The position numbers and the translations under genes were made by a program. From positions 1-53,373 of the forward strand of contig CALXGY010000133.1 in NCBI GenBank assembly GCA_944387955.1: DNA of 53,373 nucleotides. The letters run 5' to 3'. The notes beneath the pieces were generated by a model. That model did no database searches, was not told the DNA's origin, and saw only the letters and a program-made list of their open reading frames with translations. The DNA comes from an uncultured Faecalibacterium sp. GTDB taxonomy: Bacteria > Bacillota > Clostridia > Oscillospirales > Ruminococcaceae. Every line of letters begins with the position of its first letter. The first letter of the stretch is position 1. Below, in pieces: positions 1-9,301 of the stretch.

Positions 1-677
1 ATGATGGGGCCGGGGTCCCGGTGGTTGATGCCGGGCATGGCGTTGTACAGGTGGGTCATATGGGTGACCCCTGCGTCAAAGGCGCGGCAGGCGGTCTCGT
101 AGTCGGTGCAGGTGTGGGCGATGGAGATGCGGGTCTCCTCGCAGCAGTTGCGGATGAACTCGGTGGCGCCCGCCTCCTCGGGGGCGACGTCCACCAGCTT
201 GATGAGCCCGCCCGCCCGTTTGTTCAGGCGGCGGAACATGCCCACGTCCGGCGCGTGGAGATAGGCGGGGTTCTGAGCGCCCACCTTGTAAGGGCTGATG
301 AAGGGCCCTTCCATGTTGATGCCCACCAGGTCTGCGCCCTTGCCGTTTTTGTGGGCGGCGGCGGCGTCCATCACCTTGTTCAAAATCTCCTCCGAGAAGG
401 TCATGGTGGCCGGGCAGATGGCCAGAACGCCCTTGCTGGCCTCAAAGTCCGCCAGGGCCTGGATGGCCTCCTCGGTGCCGTCGCAGAAGTCATAGCCCAC
501 CGCGCCGTGGAAGTGCAGGTCCACCAGGCCCGGCAGGGCATACATGCCCTCGCAGTCCAGCACCTCTTCGCCGGGCAGCGGCTCGCTCTCGGGGACGATC
601 CGTCCCTCCCGGATCACCAGCTGTCCGGTCACAAAGCGATGTTCCGGGGTGTAGATTTTCGCATTTTTCAAAATCAT
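1..677 (-). CDS. nagA: N-acetylglucosamine-6-phosphate deacetylase (3' end runs off the window)
   Basis: Not in the ORF track. Manual minus-strand translation from ATG at 677 (RBS AAGGAGG upstream) gives MILKNAKIY...PGLVDLHFHGAVGYDF, with the NagA PGxxDxHxHG metal motif. Lies downstream of nagB/nagE. Confidence 0.93.
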   Translation of the reverse strand, partial: MILKNAKIYTPEHRFVTGQLVIREGRIVPESEPLPGEEVLDCEGMYALPGLVDLHFHGAVGYDFCDGTEEAIQALADFEASKGVLAICPATMTFSEEILNKVMDAAAAHKNGKGADLVGINMEGPFISPYKVGAQNPAYLHAPDVGMFRRLNKRAGGLIKLVDVAPEEAGATEFIRNCCEETRISIAHTCTDYETACRAFDAGVTHMTHLYNAMPGINHRDPGPI

Positions 678-816
678 GGCCTGTGTTCCCTCCTTGATCA
701 TTGTGTTTCCTCCCGCCGGAAAACTCCGACGGACGCCGAACGCCAGAGGGGCCCCCTCTGGCGTTCCAGCTTTCTTTATGCCTGTGCCGCCCGCCAAAGC
801 GGACGGCCGCCGCAGG

Positions 817-1542
817 TTAGATCAGGGACAAAGCTTCCTGATCGCCCACCAGGATGAAGTCGGGATGCATCTGAAGGATGGAGGCCGGGACCTCAGGGGT
901 CACCGGGCCGAAGAACGCCTTCTTGATGATCTCGGCCTTGTTGGCGCCGTTGGCCACCATCAGAACCTTGCGGGCCTGCATGATGGTCTTGATGCCCATG
1001 GTATAGGCCTGGCGGGGCACCTCGTCCCGGGAGTTGAAGAAGCGCTGGTTGGCGTTGATGGTGCTCTCGGTCAGATCGACGCAGTGGGTGCCCAGCTCAA
1101 AGGCCTCGCCCGGTTCGTTGAAGCCGATGTGGCCGTCCTCGCCGATGCCCAGCAGCTGCAGGTCGATGCCGCCCACATTGCGGATGATGGCGTCATACTC
1201 CCGGCAGGCCTCCTCGGCGTTGGGGTTGGAGCCGTCCGGCACAAAGATGCGGTCGGGCTGGACGTTCACCGAGTCGAAGAAGTTCTTGTGCATGAAGTAC
1301 CAGTAGCTCTGCTCGTGGTCCCGGGGCAGGCCGCGGTACTCGTCCAGGTTGACGGTGGTCACCTCCGAGAAGTCCACGTCGCCCTTGTTGTACCAGTCGA
1401 TGAGCTGGGCGTAGGTGCCCACCGGAGTGCCGCCGGTGGCGAGACCCAAAACGCAGTTGGGTTTCATGATGACCTGGGCGGAGATGATGTTGGCGGCCTT
1501 GCGGGACATATCCTTATAGTCTTTTGCGCGGATGATCTTCAT
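817..1542 (-). CDS. nagB: Glucosamine-6-phosphate deaminase
   Basis: Motifs LGLATGGTP, NLDEY, GIGEDGHIGFNEP, PASILQMH. Start moved to MKIIRAKD at 1542, after AGGAG. Confidence 0.96.
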   Translation of the reverse strand: MKIIRAKDYKDMSRKAANIISAQVIMKPNCVLGLATGGTPVGTYAQLIDWYNKGDVDFSEVTTVNLDEYRGLPRDHEQSYWYFMHKNFFDSVNVQPDRIFVPDGSNPNAEEACREYDAIIRNVGGIDLQLLGIGEDGHIGFNEPGEAFELGTHCVDLTESTINANQRFFNSRDEVPRQAYTMGIKTIMQARKVLMVANGANKAEIIKKAFFGPVTPEVPASILQMHPDFILVGDQEALSLI

Positions 1543-1605
1543 AATCCTGTTCTCCTTTTTGATGGGGCCTTGGGGGCCGGTTTCGGGGGATAGAGCAATC
1601 CGACA

Positions 1606-1648
1606 GAAAAACCGCCGCGGCTGGGCAGTTCGGCCTGGCCGCGGCGGC
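1606..1648 (-). terminator. Terminator-like hairpin between nagE and nagB
   Basis: Minus-strand stem CCGCCGCGG...CCGCGGCGG followed by TTTTT. Confidence 0.55.
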
Positions 1649-1690
1649 AAACGAATGCGGGATCAACCAGGCTCCCGCAGGACAGGCGGT

Positions 1691-3163
1691 TTACAGCATC
1701 TTCTTCAGCTCATCGTAGACGAACTGAACCTTGGTGCCGATGATCACCTGGCAAGCATTCTTGCTGGGACGGATGACGCCTGCCGCGCCGGCCGCCTTGA
1801 CCGCCTTCTCATCGACGGCGGTGTAATCCTTGATCTCAAAGCGCAGACGGGTGGCGCAGTAGTCTACCCGGGACACATTGCCCTTGCCGCCCACTGCTGC
1901 CAGAACGCCGGCAGCCACTTCGGTGAAGTTATTATTGGCCAGGACGACCTTCTTTTCAGCCTCTTCCTCGCTCTCGTCCTCACGGCCGGGGGTCTTGAGG
2001 TCGAACTTGACGATGGCGAAGCGGAAGACCAGATAGAATACGACGAAAGCGCCGAGGCCCAGAGGAATGATCCACAGAGTATTGGCCGCTGCGGGCAGAG
2101 AAGCCGAGAACAGCAGGTCGGTAGCACCAGCCGAGAACAGGAAGCCTGCACGGAAGCCGGTGTAGTAGGTGATGACGGTGAAGATGCCGTACAGAGCCGC
2201 GTACACGATGTACAGCGGGAAGCACAGGAACATGAAGCCGAACTCGAAGGGCTCGGTGACGCCGCAGACGAAAGCGGAGATGGCGGCGGAGAGCACCAGG
2301 CCGATGGCGGCCTTCTTGTTCTTGGCGGTCTGGACCATGGCCAGAGCAGCGCCGGGGATACCGAACATCATGCAGGGGAAGAAGCCGGACATGTACATGC
2401 CGAGGCTCCAGGAAACGTCCGCCGAGGTCTCGCCGGCCCAGAAGTGGGTCAGATCGCCCAGGCCGATGGTGTCAAACCAGAACACGTTGTTCAGAGCGTG
2501 GTGCAGGCCGGTGGGGATCAGCAGGCGGTTGAAGAAGGCGTACAGACCAGCGCCGAAGCCGCCCATGCTCTCGATGCCCTTGCCCAGCGCAACCAGAGCG
2601 CCGAAGATGATGGGCCACAGGAACAAAAGAACCACCGAGGACAGGATGGAGACAAGACCGGTCATGATGGCCACCGAGCGCTTGCCGCTGAAGAAGGCCA
2701 GCCAGTCGGGCAGCTGGGTGCCCTTGAACTTGTTGTAGCAGGCGGAGCCGATGATGGCAGCCAGGATGCCGATGAAGGCGTTGCCCGCGATCTTGCTGAA
2801 GGCGATGTAGTCCACCGAACCCTCTTCCAGGGTGCGGACGACGCCCACAACGCTGGGGTTGAGCAGGCTGGTCATCATCAGGTAGCTGACCAGGCCCGCG
2901 AGGCCTGCGGTGCCGTCGTGGTCATCCGCCAGACCTACTGCTGCGCCGATGGCGAACAGCCAGGCCATGTTGTCGATCAGAGCGCCGCCGGCTTTGACCA
3001 GGATAAAGCCGATGTTATACACAAGGCCGCTGGTGGCTGCGTCCGGCACACCCATAACGCCCGGGGCGATCAGGTAACCCAGGCCCATCAGGATGCCGCA
3101 TACCGGAAGGGCCGCAACAGGCAGCATCAATGCCTTGCCGAGTTTCTGCAAATATTTCATCAT
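1691..3163 (-). CDS. nagE: PTS N-acetylglucosamine-specific EIICB component
   Basis: LQKLGKALMLPVA N-terminus, NRLLIPTGLHH, GVTEPFEF, and the EIIB phospho-Cys motif CATRLR. Start at 3163 chosen for spacing from AAGGAGG. Confidence 0.93.
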   Translation of the reverse strand: MMKYLQKLGKALMLPVAALPVCGILMGLGYLIAPGVMGVPDAATSGLVYNIGFILVKAGGALIDNMAWLFAIGAAVGLADDHDGTAGLAGLVSYLMMTSLLNPSVVGVVRTLEEGSVDYIAFSKIAGNAFIGILAAIIGSACYNKFKGTQLPDWLAFFSGKRSVAIMTGLVSILSSVVLLFLWPIIFGALVALGKGIESMGGFGAGLYAFFNRLLIPTGLHHALNNVFWFDTIGLGDLTHFWAGETSADVSWSLGMYMSGFFPCMMFGIPGAALAMVQTAKNKKAAIGLVLSAAISAFVCGVTEPFEFGFMFLCFPLYIVYAALYGIFTVITYYTGFRAGFLFSAGATDLLFSASLPAAANTLWIIPLGLGAFVVFYLVFRFAIVKFDLKTPGREDESEEEAEKKVVLANNNFTEVAAGVLAAVGGKGNVSRVDYCATRLRFEIKDYTAVDEKAVKAAGAAGVIRPSKNACQVIIGTKVQFVYDELKKML

Positions 3164-3496
3164 AGGGAACATTCCTCCTTTAAGATGAGCGAATCGGGGA
3201 AAATGGCTTTATCGGGAACGACCTGCTGGTTGTCAAATCGTTCACGTTCTAACGATTTGATTTTATCATAATTCATCACAAAAAGCCACACTTTTTTTAA
3301 TTTTGAATAATTTTTTTATAAAATCTGTATGTTTTTTTGAAAAAGTTGTTTTACTTTATCGCATTACTGTACTGCCTGGGCTTTCTTTGCTTTTGGTCCC
3401 GCCCTTGTGCCCGAAGGAGGATTCTGGTATCATACAAAGGAAAAAGTGCACCATAAAAGCGCACCATACAAAATGTACTTGCAGGAGGTATATGCG

Positions 3497-4411
3497 ATGG
3501 AATGGACCGACATTCGCCTGACCGTGGCCAAGGCCGACGCCGAGGCCGCCGAGGCCATCGCCACCCTGATTGCCGAGGGCGGCATCTATATTGAGGATTA
3601 CAGCGACATCGAGCAGCAGGTGGCCGAGATCGCCCATGTGGACCTGATCGAGCAGGAACTGCTGGACAAGCCCCGGGATACCGTCATCATTCATCTGTAT
3701 CTGGAGCCCAGCGCCCAGCCCGCCGAGACCATGGCCCTGATCGCGGCCCGGATGGAGGCCGCATCCATCCCCTACACCCTGGAGACCGAAGGGGTGGAGC
3801 AGGAGGACTGGGAGAACGGCTGGCGCAAATACTACCACCCCATGGAGATCGGCCGGCGCCTGGCCATTGTTCCCTCCTGGCAGGAGTACGAGACCGACCG
3901 GGTCAAGCTGATCCTGGACCCCGGCCTTGCTTTCGGCACCGGCGGCCATGAGACCACCAGCCTCTGCCTGGAGGCGCTGGACGCCCGGGTCCAGGGGGGC
4001 GAGCGGGTGCTGGACATCGGCACCGGCAGCGGCATCCTGGCCATTGCCGCCCTCAAGCTGGGGGCTGCCTCGGCGGAAGGGGTGGACATCGACCCGGTGG
4101 CGGTGCGCACTGCGGGGGAGAATGCCGCCCGCAACGGAGTGGCCGACCGGCTGACCGTGCTGGTGGGGGACCTGTCCGACAAGGCCAGCGGCCGGTACCA
4201 GATCATCACCGCCAACATCGTGGCCAACGCCATCATCAGCCTGGCCCCTGCGGTGCCCGGCCTTCTCGCTGAGGGGGGTCTGTTCATCGCCAGCGGCATC
4301 ATCGACACCCGCAAGGAGGAGGTGCTCCAGGCGCTGCGGGCGGCGGGGCTTTTGGTCCTCGAAACCTATCATAAGCGGGGATGGGAGTGCATCCTCTGCA
4401 CCAAGGCATAA
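3497..4411 (+). CDS. prmA: Ribosomal protein L11 methyltransferase
   Basis: DPGLAFGTGGHETT, VLDIGTGSGIL, ANI motifs. RBS AGGAGG upstream of 3497. Followed by rsmE. Confidence 0.95.
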   Translation: MEWTDIRLTVAKADAEAAEAIATLIAEGGIYIEDYSDIEQQVAEIAHVDLIEQELLDKPRDTVIIHLYLEPSAQPAETMALIAARMEAASIPYTLETEGVEQEDWENGWRKYYHPMEIGRRLAIVPSWQEYETDRVKLILDPGLAFGTGGHETTSLCLEALDARVQGGERVLDIGTGSGILAIAALKLGAASAEGVDIDPVAVRTAGENAARNGVADRLTVLVGDLSDKASGRYQIITANIVANAIISLAPAVPGLLAEGGLFIASGIIDTRKEEVLQALRAAGLLVLETYHKRGWECILCTKA

Positions 4412-4551
4412 AGACCAAACGCAATATTTTGCGTGATTTTTCCTTTTCGTATTTAACTTTTTGCAATATTTTGTAATTTAAGAGGAAAATCATCCGTTTT
4501 GTATTATTTTGACCCCGGCGGGCTCTCCTGCCGGACAAAGGAGGCCCCCTC

Positions 4552-5292
4552 ATGCCCCACCGTTATTTCACCACCGAAGTTGCGGACGGAACCGCTGTGC
4601 TGCGCGGCTCGGACGCCCACCATCTGGCCCGGGTCATGCGGGCCAGGATCGGGGACACGGTCATCCTCTGCGACGGCAAAGCCACCGAGTACACCGCCAC
4701 CATCACCGGTTTCGGGCCGGAAACCGTGGAGTTTTCGGTCCAGCCCGGTTATCCCAGCGCCGCCGAGCCCTCGGTGGAAATCACCCTGTTTGTGGGCTAT
4801 CCCAAGCAGGACAAGCTGGAACAGATCCTGCGCCACGGGGTGGAGCTGGGCTGCACCCACTTTGTGCCCTTCTTCAGCCGGTACTGCGTCGCCGCCCCCA
4901 AAAAGGAGGAGCAGAAGAACGAGCGGTACAACCGCATCCTGTTTGAAGCGGCCAAGCAGTGCGGCCGCGGCGTGCTGCCGGATGCGGCCCTGCCTCTGCC
5001 CAACTTTGGGGCGGTCTGCCGCAGCCTTGCAGAGTACGACCTGGTGCTCTTCTGCTACGAGTGCGGCGGCCAGCCCCTGCGCGCCCTGCTGGACCAGGCG
5101 AAGGGCAGCGGCCCGCTGCGCCGCATCGCCATCATCACCGGAGCGGAGGGCGGCTTTGCCCCCGAGGAGGCCGCCGCCGCCGAGGCCGCCGGAGCCAAGA
5201 CCGTGGGCCTTGGGCCCCGCATCCTCCGGTGCGAGACCGCGCCCCTGGCGGTGCTGGCCGCGGTCATGACCCTGACCGGAGATTTGGAATAA
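4552..5292 (+). CDS. rsmE: 16S rRNA m3U1498 methyltransferase
   Basis: HHLARVMR, EAAKQCGR, GAEGGF and LGPRILRCETA motifs. Confidence 0.95.
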   Translation: MPHRYFTTEVADGTAVLRGSDAHHLARVMRARIGDTVILCDGKATEYTATITGFGPETVEFSVQPGYPSAAEPSVEITLFVGYPKQDKLEQILRHGVELGCTHFVPFFSRYCVAAPKKEEQKNERYNRILFEAAKQCGRGVLPDAALPLPNFGAVCRSLAEYDLVLFCYECGGQPLRALLDQAKGSGPLRRIAIITGAEGGFAPEEAAAAEAAGAKTVGLGPRILRCETAPLAVLAAVMTLTGDLE

Positions 5293-5315
5293 GAGCTTTT
5301 GCAAACCAGAAAAAG

Positions 5316-5601
5316 CGACTGCCGAAAAGCAGGATCGCGATCAGTCGACAAAATTTTCGATTTCGTCCGATTGAAATTTTAGATTTCCCAGAACTATAAA
5401 AATAACGCTGTTCCCAATCGATGAAAACCGAGGGAACAGCGTTTTTGCGTAGGTGTATCTGCGGCTTTTCCGAGAGGAAGCTGTTTATCTTCAGGCTTCC
5501 CTCACTGAGGGAAGTGCCGCGCAGCGGCGAAAGGAGTTCGGCAAGATGCTGCTATCCGAACTCCCCCAGTCGCTTCGCGACAGCCCCCTCGGCGAGGGGG
5601 C
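5316..5601 (+). repeat. Composite intergenic repeat, copy 1 (degenerate left end, terminator-like hairpin, REP-like doublet, no 113-bp insert)
   Basis: Aligns by eye with 41396-41794 (+) and with the reverse complement of about 17642-17870. Shared segments include AACGCTGTTCCCAATCG..AAAACCG..GGAACAGCGTTTTT and GAAGTGCCGCGCAGCGGCGAAAGGAGTTCGGCAAGATGCTGCTATCCGAACTCCCCCAGTC. Confidence 0.85.
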
Positions 5602-5624
5602 AGACTTTCGGGCATTGCATTGCT

Positions 5625-6146
5625 TTACAGCTCCACTGCCTGGGACCGTGCCGCCCGGAAGATCACATACTGGCTGTTGGAGCCGTACTTGAACTCGATC
5701 TCCATCTCCTGCCAGTCCTCCGGGGCCTCGAAGCCCACTACCCCGTGGAGCGAGCGGCCCGGGGACATCTTGCCCTCCAGCCGTTCCATTCCGGAGGCAA
5801 GCTCCGCCGAGACGCTGCGGGAGCGGTTCTGGTTGTCAAAATATCCGGTAAAGCCTTCTCCGGCGGTGAGGGTGCGCTCGGTTTCCAGCTCGTTGCTGAC
5901 CTCAAACTCCGCAATGACAAAAACCTTGCCGCTGGAGGGCCGGTTCAGCAGGGAACCCGCGCTCTGATATACCTTGGTCAGGGTCATGCCGAAGCCGCTG
6001 TAACTGGTTCTTTCACCCAGGGCATAGCTGCCCTGCAGGGTGACCTTGCCCCCCGAGCAGCCGGGCAGCAGTCCGACCGCCGCCGAAGCGGCGCACAGTC
6101 CGGCAGCCTGCAAAAAGATGCGGCGGGTCATAAGAAGGTTTGCCAT
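5625..6146 (-). CDS. Lipoprotein with twin-arginine-type signal, DUF4352-like Ig-fold domain
   Basis: MANLLMTRRIFL...LLPGC signal with lipobox Cys. Beta-rich body with FEVSN and GVVGFEAP patterns typical of DUF4352. Start after AGGAG. Confidence 0.7.
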   Translation of the reverse strand: MANLLMTRRIFLQAAGLCAASAAVGLLPGCSGGKVTLQGSYALGERTSYSGFGMTLTKVYQSAGSLLNRPSSGKVFVIAEFEVSNELETERTLTAGEGFTGYFDNQNRSRSVSAELASGMERLEGKMSPGRSLHGVVGFEAPEDWQEMEIEFKYGSNSQYVIFRAARSQAVEL

Positions 6147-6235
6147 ATCCATCCACTCCTTTTGATTTTTTATTGGGTCGGTGTATGTTTCTTCCGGCCT
6201 TGTGCAAGGCCAAAAATCATTTTTGCCCCGCGTCC

Positions 6236-7939
6236 TCAAGGGGCGGGCGGCGTATCCGGTCCGTCGGCCTCGGGCATGGGCGGTGCAGCGGGGCCCTCCG
6301 CCTCTGCGGGCACGGGGAGGCGCTCGTTTTGCTCGGCGTAGGCTTCCACCAGAGCCTTTTTTGCTTCCCACAGGTTCTGGGGGCTGACCGAAAAGCTGCG
6401 CAGCCCCATGCGCAGGTATTCCACGATGTTCACCGGGTCTCCCACCGCCAGCCCGCAGATGGTCACCGGGATGCCGCCCTCGTGGGCTGCATCCACCACC
6501 ATCTTGATGAGCTTGCGCATGGCGCGGCTGGCGGGCTGGTAGTACCGGGCGGCGCTGGTCACCTCCCGCCCGGCGGCGTGGGTGTACTGGGTCAGGTCGT
6601 TGGTGCCGATGGTGAAGAACTGGCACCCATGGCGGATAAACTCATCGGCGGTCAGGCAGGCGGCCGGGACCGCCAGCGTGATGCCGAAGGACATGTTCTC
6701 GTCAAAGGCCACCCCTCGTTCCCGCAGGCTCTGGCGGCAGTGCTCCACGATCTTCATGGCGGCGTCCCAGTCCTCGATGTCGGTCACCATGGGGAACATG
6801 ACCTTGAGGGGGCCCCGGGCGCCTGCCCGCAGCAGCGCGCAGATCTGGGCCTCGAATTCCCGGGGGCGCAGCAGGCTGCTGCGGATGCCCCGCAGCCCCA
6901 GATGGGCGGACTGTGCCCCCTGGTAGGCGTTGGAGAGGGTGCGGTCGGAACCAAGATCGAAGGTCCGCACCGTAATGGGCCGGCCCTTGGCCACCGAGAG
7001 GCAGGAGGTATAGAAGAAATACTGCTCCTGCTCGCTGGGCACCCGGTCGGGCAGCATCAGGTAGCTGGAGCGCAGAAGCCCCACTCCGGCGGCCCCGGCC
7101 TGGATGGAAGATTCGATGTCCTCGGGGCCGAAGCAGTTGGCCAGCAGTTCAAAGGAGGCTCCGTCCCAGGTGCGGTTGGGCAGGGTCTGGTAGCGGGCCA
7201 GCTCGGCGTTCTCCTGCTGGCGCTCCCACATGCGGGTGACCATCTGCTGCCGGGAGGCGGAATCCGGGTCCAGGATGCAGACACCGTTGTCGGCATCCAG
7301 CACCACCATCCGGCCGTCGCAGTCGTCCAGGAAGGCCCGGCCCACCTGGACCACCGCCGGGATCTTCATGGCCCGGGCGATGATGGCCGCGTGGCTCTGG
7401 GTGCTGCCCTCGGAGGTGATGACCCCCAGCACCATGCCGGAAGGAATGCTGAAAAAGTCGCTGGGCATGAGCACTTCGGTGGCCAGGATCACCGGATGAT
7501 CCAGCGCCAGACGGGTGCGGGGGCGGTCCCCCAGGATGTTGATGACCCGCTGGGTCACATCCAGGATGTCCACCCCCCGCAGCTGCATATAGGGGTTGTC
7601 CACCATGGCGGACATCTGGTCGGCGTACCGCTGGCCCACCCGCTCCATGGCGGCGGCGGCCCCGATGCCGGCAGTAATGTAGGAGCGCACCTCGCTCATG
7701 AAGCCTTCGTCCTCCAGCAGCATACTCTGGAACATGAAGATGGCCTGTTCGCTCTCGGCCGAGCCGTCCTGCATCACCTGCAGCTCTGCCTGGGCGGTGC
7801 GGATCGCCCCTTCCAGCAGGGTCTGCTCCTTTTCAGGGTTCAGAGGGGTGTGGCTGAAGGTGTTCCGTTCCCACTCCAGACGGCTCACCTGGCCCACCAC
7901 AAGGCCCGGTGAAGCGGAGATCCCCGGATATGTTTTCAC
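6236..7939 (-). CDS. PTS enzyme I (PtsI)-like protein, divergent paralogue
   Basis: GISASPG N-terminus, phospho-His motif STQSHAAIIAR, VRTFDLGSD and IGTNDLTQY. Several PEP/Mg ligands are altered (see findings). Confidence 0.85.
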   Translation of the reverse strand: MKTYPGISASPGLVVGQVSRLEWERNTFSHTPLNPEKEQTLLEGAIRTAQAELQVMQDGSAESEQAIFMFQSMLLEDEGFMSEVRSYITAGIGAAAAMERVGQRYADQMSAMVDNPYMQLRGVDILDVTQRVINILGDRPRTRLALDHPVILATEVLMPSDFFSIPSGMVLGVITSEGSTQSHAAIIARAMKIPAVVQVGRAFLDDCDGRMVVLDADNGVCILDPDSASRQQMVTRMWERQQENAELARYQTLPNRTWDGASFELLANCFGPEDIESSIQAGAAGVGLLRSSYLMLPDRVPSEQEQYFFYTSCLSVAKGRPITVRTFDLGSDRTLSNAYQGAQSAHLGLRGIRSSLLRPREFEAQICALLRAGARGPLKVMFPMVTDIEDWDAAMKIVEHCRQSLRERGVAFDENMSFGITLAVPAACLTADEFIRHGCQFFTIGTNDLTQYTHAAGREVTSAARYYQPASRAMRKLIKMVVDAAHEGGIPVTICGLAVGDPVNIVEYLRMGLRSFSVSPQNLWEAKKALVEAYAEQNERLPVPAEAEGPAAPPMPEADGPDTPPAP

Positions 7940-9099
7940 AGTCGCATCACCTCCTGAGACGGCCCGGCCAGCACCCGGCAGACCAGGGCCTGCAAAAATT
8001 GACTGGGCATCAGCGCAGCCCGGGCAATCAGCGCCGCAGGGGCTTCGCCCTCGAACATGGGGTCAAAGGCGGCCAGCTTGCTGCGGTCGCACTTTTCCAG
8101 AAATGCCTGCCCCAGAGACTCCACCGAGTACAGCGCCGTGGGGTCCACCCCGGCCTCCTCGGCGGCGGCCTCCAGCGGGGCCAAAGACTCGTCCTGCAGG
8201 TTGGCCAGGGCCAGCGCCAGGGAGCCCGAGATGTGGGCCGCGGGCCACTTTTCCGCCACCTGGCGGCGCAGCGCGTCGAACCGGGCCCGGAACCACTCGG
8301 CCTGACCGTTCCCCTCCCGGGTGACGGCATAGGCGCAGCCCCGCAGACGGCCAAAGGCCCGCATGGTGTCAAAGTAGCCCAGCTCCATATTCCGCCGGGC
8401 GGTCTCGGGGGAGAATTTCAGGATGTCCCCCAGATCCCAATAGCTGCGTACCAGAATGGTGGGCAGACCGGTGCGGTTGGGGCGGGTGATGCCCACCCCC
8501 TCCAGGTCCACGCAGACCAGCTCCTCAGCGCCCAGGCGCTTGGCAAGGCCGGTGGGCATGTTGTCGGTGTAGCCGCCGTCCAGGTACTCCACCCCGTCGA
8601 TCTTCCGGGGGCGGAAGGCGGGCCAGCAGGCCGCGCTGGCCAAAAGGTAATCCGCCAGCTTCCCCTCGGGGATCTCCTCCAGCGCCAGTTCCCGGGGGCG
8701 CAGGCCCCGTTTTTCCACCGTCACCAGGCCGAACCGCACCGGCGCAGCCCGCAGGGCCTGCTCGTCCAGCACCCGGTCCACGATCTCTTCCAGCGGGGTG
8801 ACGTCCAGCCCGCCGGACTGCACCAGATCCTGCACAAAGGCCCGCAGCTCGCTGAGTTCGGCCCCCCGGGCGGGCAGCTCCATCACATCCTCGCTGCGCA
8901 GGGTCAGCCACATGCTCCGGGCCGTCTCATAGAGGTCCAGTGCAAACATGGCGCCGTTCAGGCTGCCTACGCTGGTGCCTGCGATGACCTCGGGCCGCCA
9001 GCCCAGTTCGTCCAGCGCCCGCCAGACCCCTACCTGGTAACTGCCCCGCGCGCCGCCTCCGGCCAAAACCAGACCGCGGCAGACCTCTCCATTCTGCAA
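7936..9099 (-). CDS. Patatin-like phospholipase
   Basis: LAGGGARG, catalytic GTSVG and DGG motifs. TTG start after GGAGGT. Stop overlaps the GTG start of the EI-like gene. Confidence 0.9.
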   Translation of the reverse strand: MQNGEVCRGLVLAGGGARGSYQVGVWRALDELGWRPEVIAGTSVGSLNGAMFALDLYETARSMWLTLRSEDVMELPARGAELSELRAFVQDLVQSGGLDVTPLEEIVDRVLDEQALRAAPVRFGLVTVEKRGLRPRELALEEIPEGKLADYLLASAACWPAFRPRKIDGVEYLDGGYTDNMPTGLAKRLGAEELVCVDLEGVGITRPNRTGLPTILVRSYWDLGDILKFSPETARRNMELGYFDTMRAFGRLRGCAYAVTREGNGQAEWFRARFDALRRQVAEKWPAAHISGSLALALANLQDESLAPLEAAAEEAGVDPTALYSVESLGQAFLEKCDRSKLAAFDPMFEGEAPAALIARAALMPSQFLQALVCRVLAGPSQEVMRL

Positions 9100-9301
9100 T
9101 CCCTGCACCTCCCTGTGCCGTGCGGCAGCCTCCTTTGAGGGCTGCGGCTTCTCTGTCTTTTTGATATAGATAAAGTATAGCACAAATTGGCAAAAAATTC
9201 TGCCCCATTTTGTCCGCAGCCTGTACAAATCCCGCAAGGATGTGTATAATCGGATGGGAATAAACACTGCCCGGACCGCCGGGCGCACTGGGAGGGCCGG
9301 T

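Noticed and set aside
5421-5692. Similar short ORFs at 5421/5453, 17475 and 41525-41927 (e.g. SEFSRAAQGPPKIQATAT, MLLSELPQSLRDSPLGEGA)
   Set aside because: They are translations of the non-coding repeat modules. Frames and starts are inconsistent between copies, and variation preserves base pairing rather than codons.
6236-7939. Gene symbol ptsI
   Set aside because: Key PEP/Mg ligands are substituted, so it is probably a paralogue of the true enzyme I.
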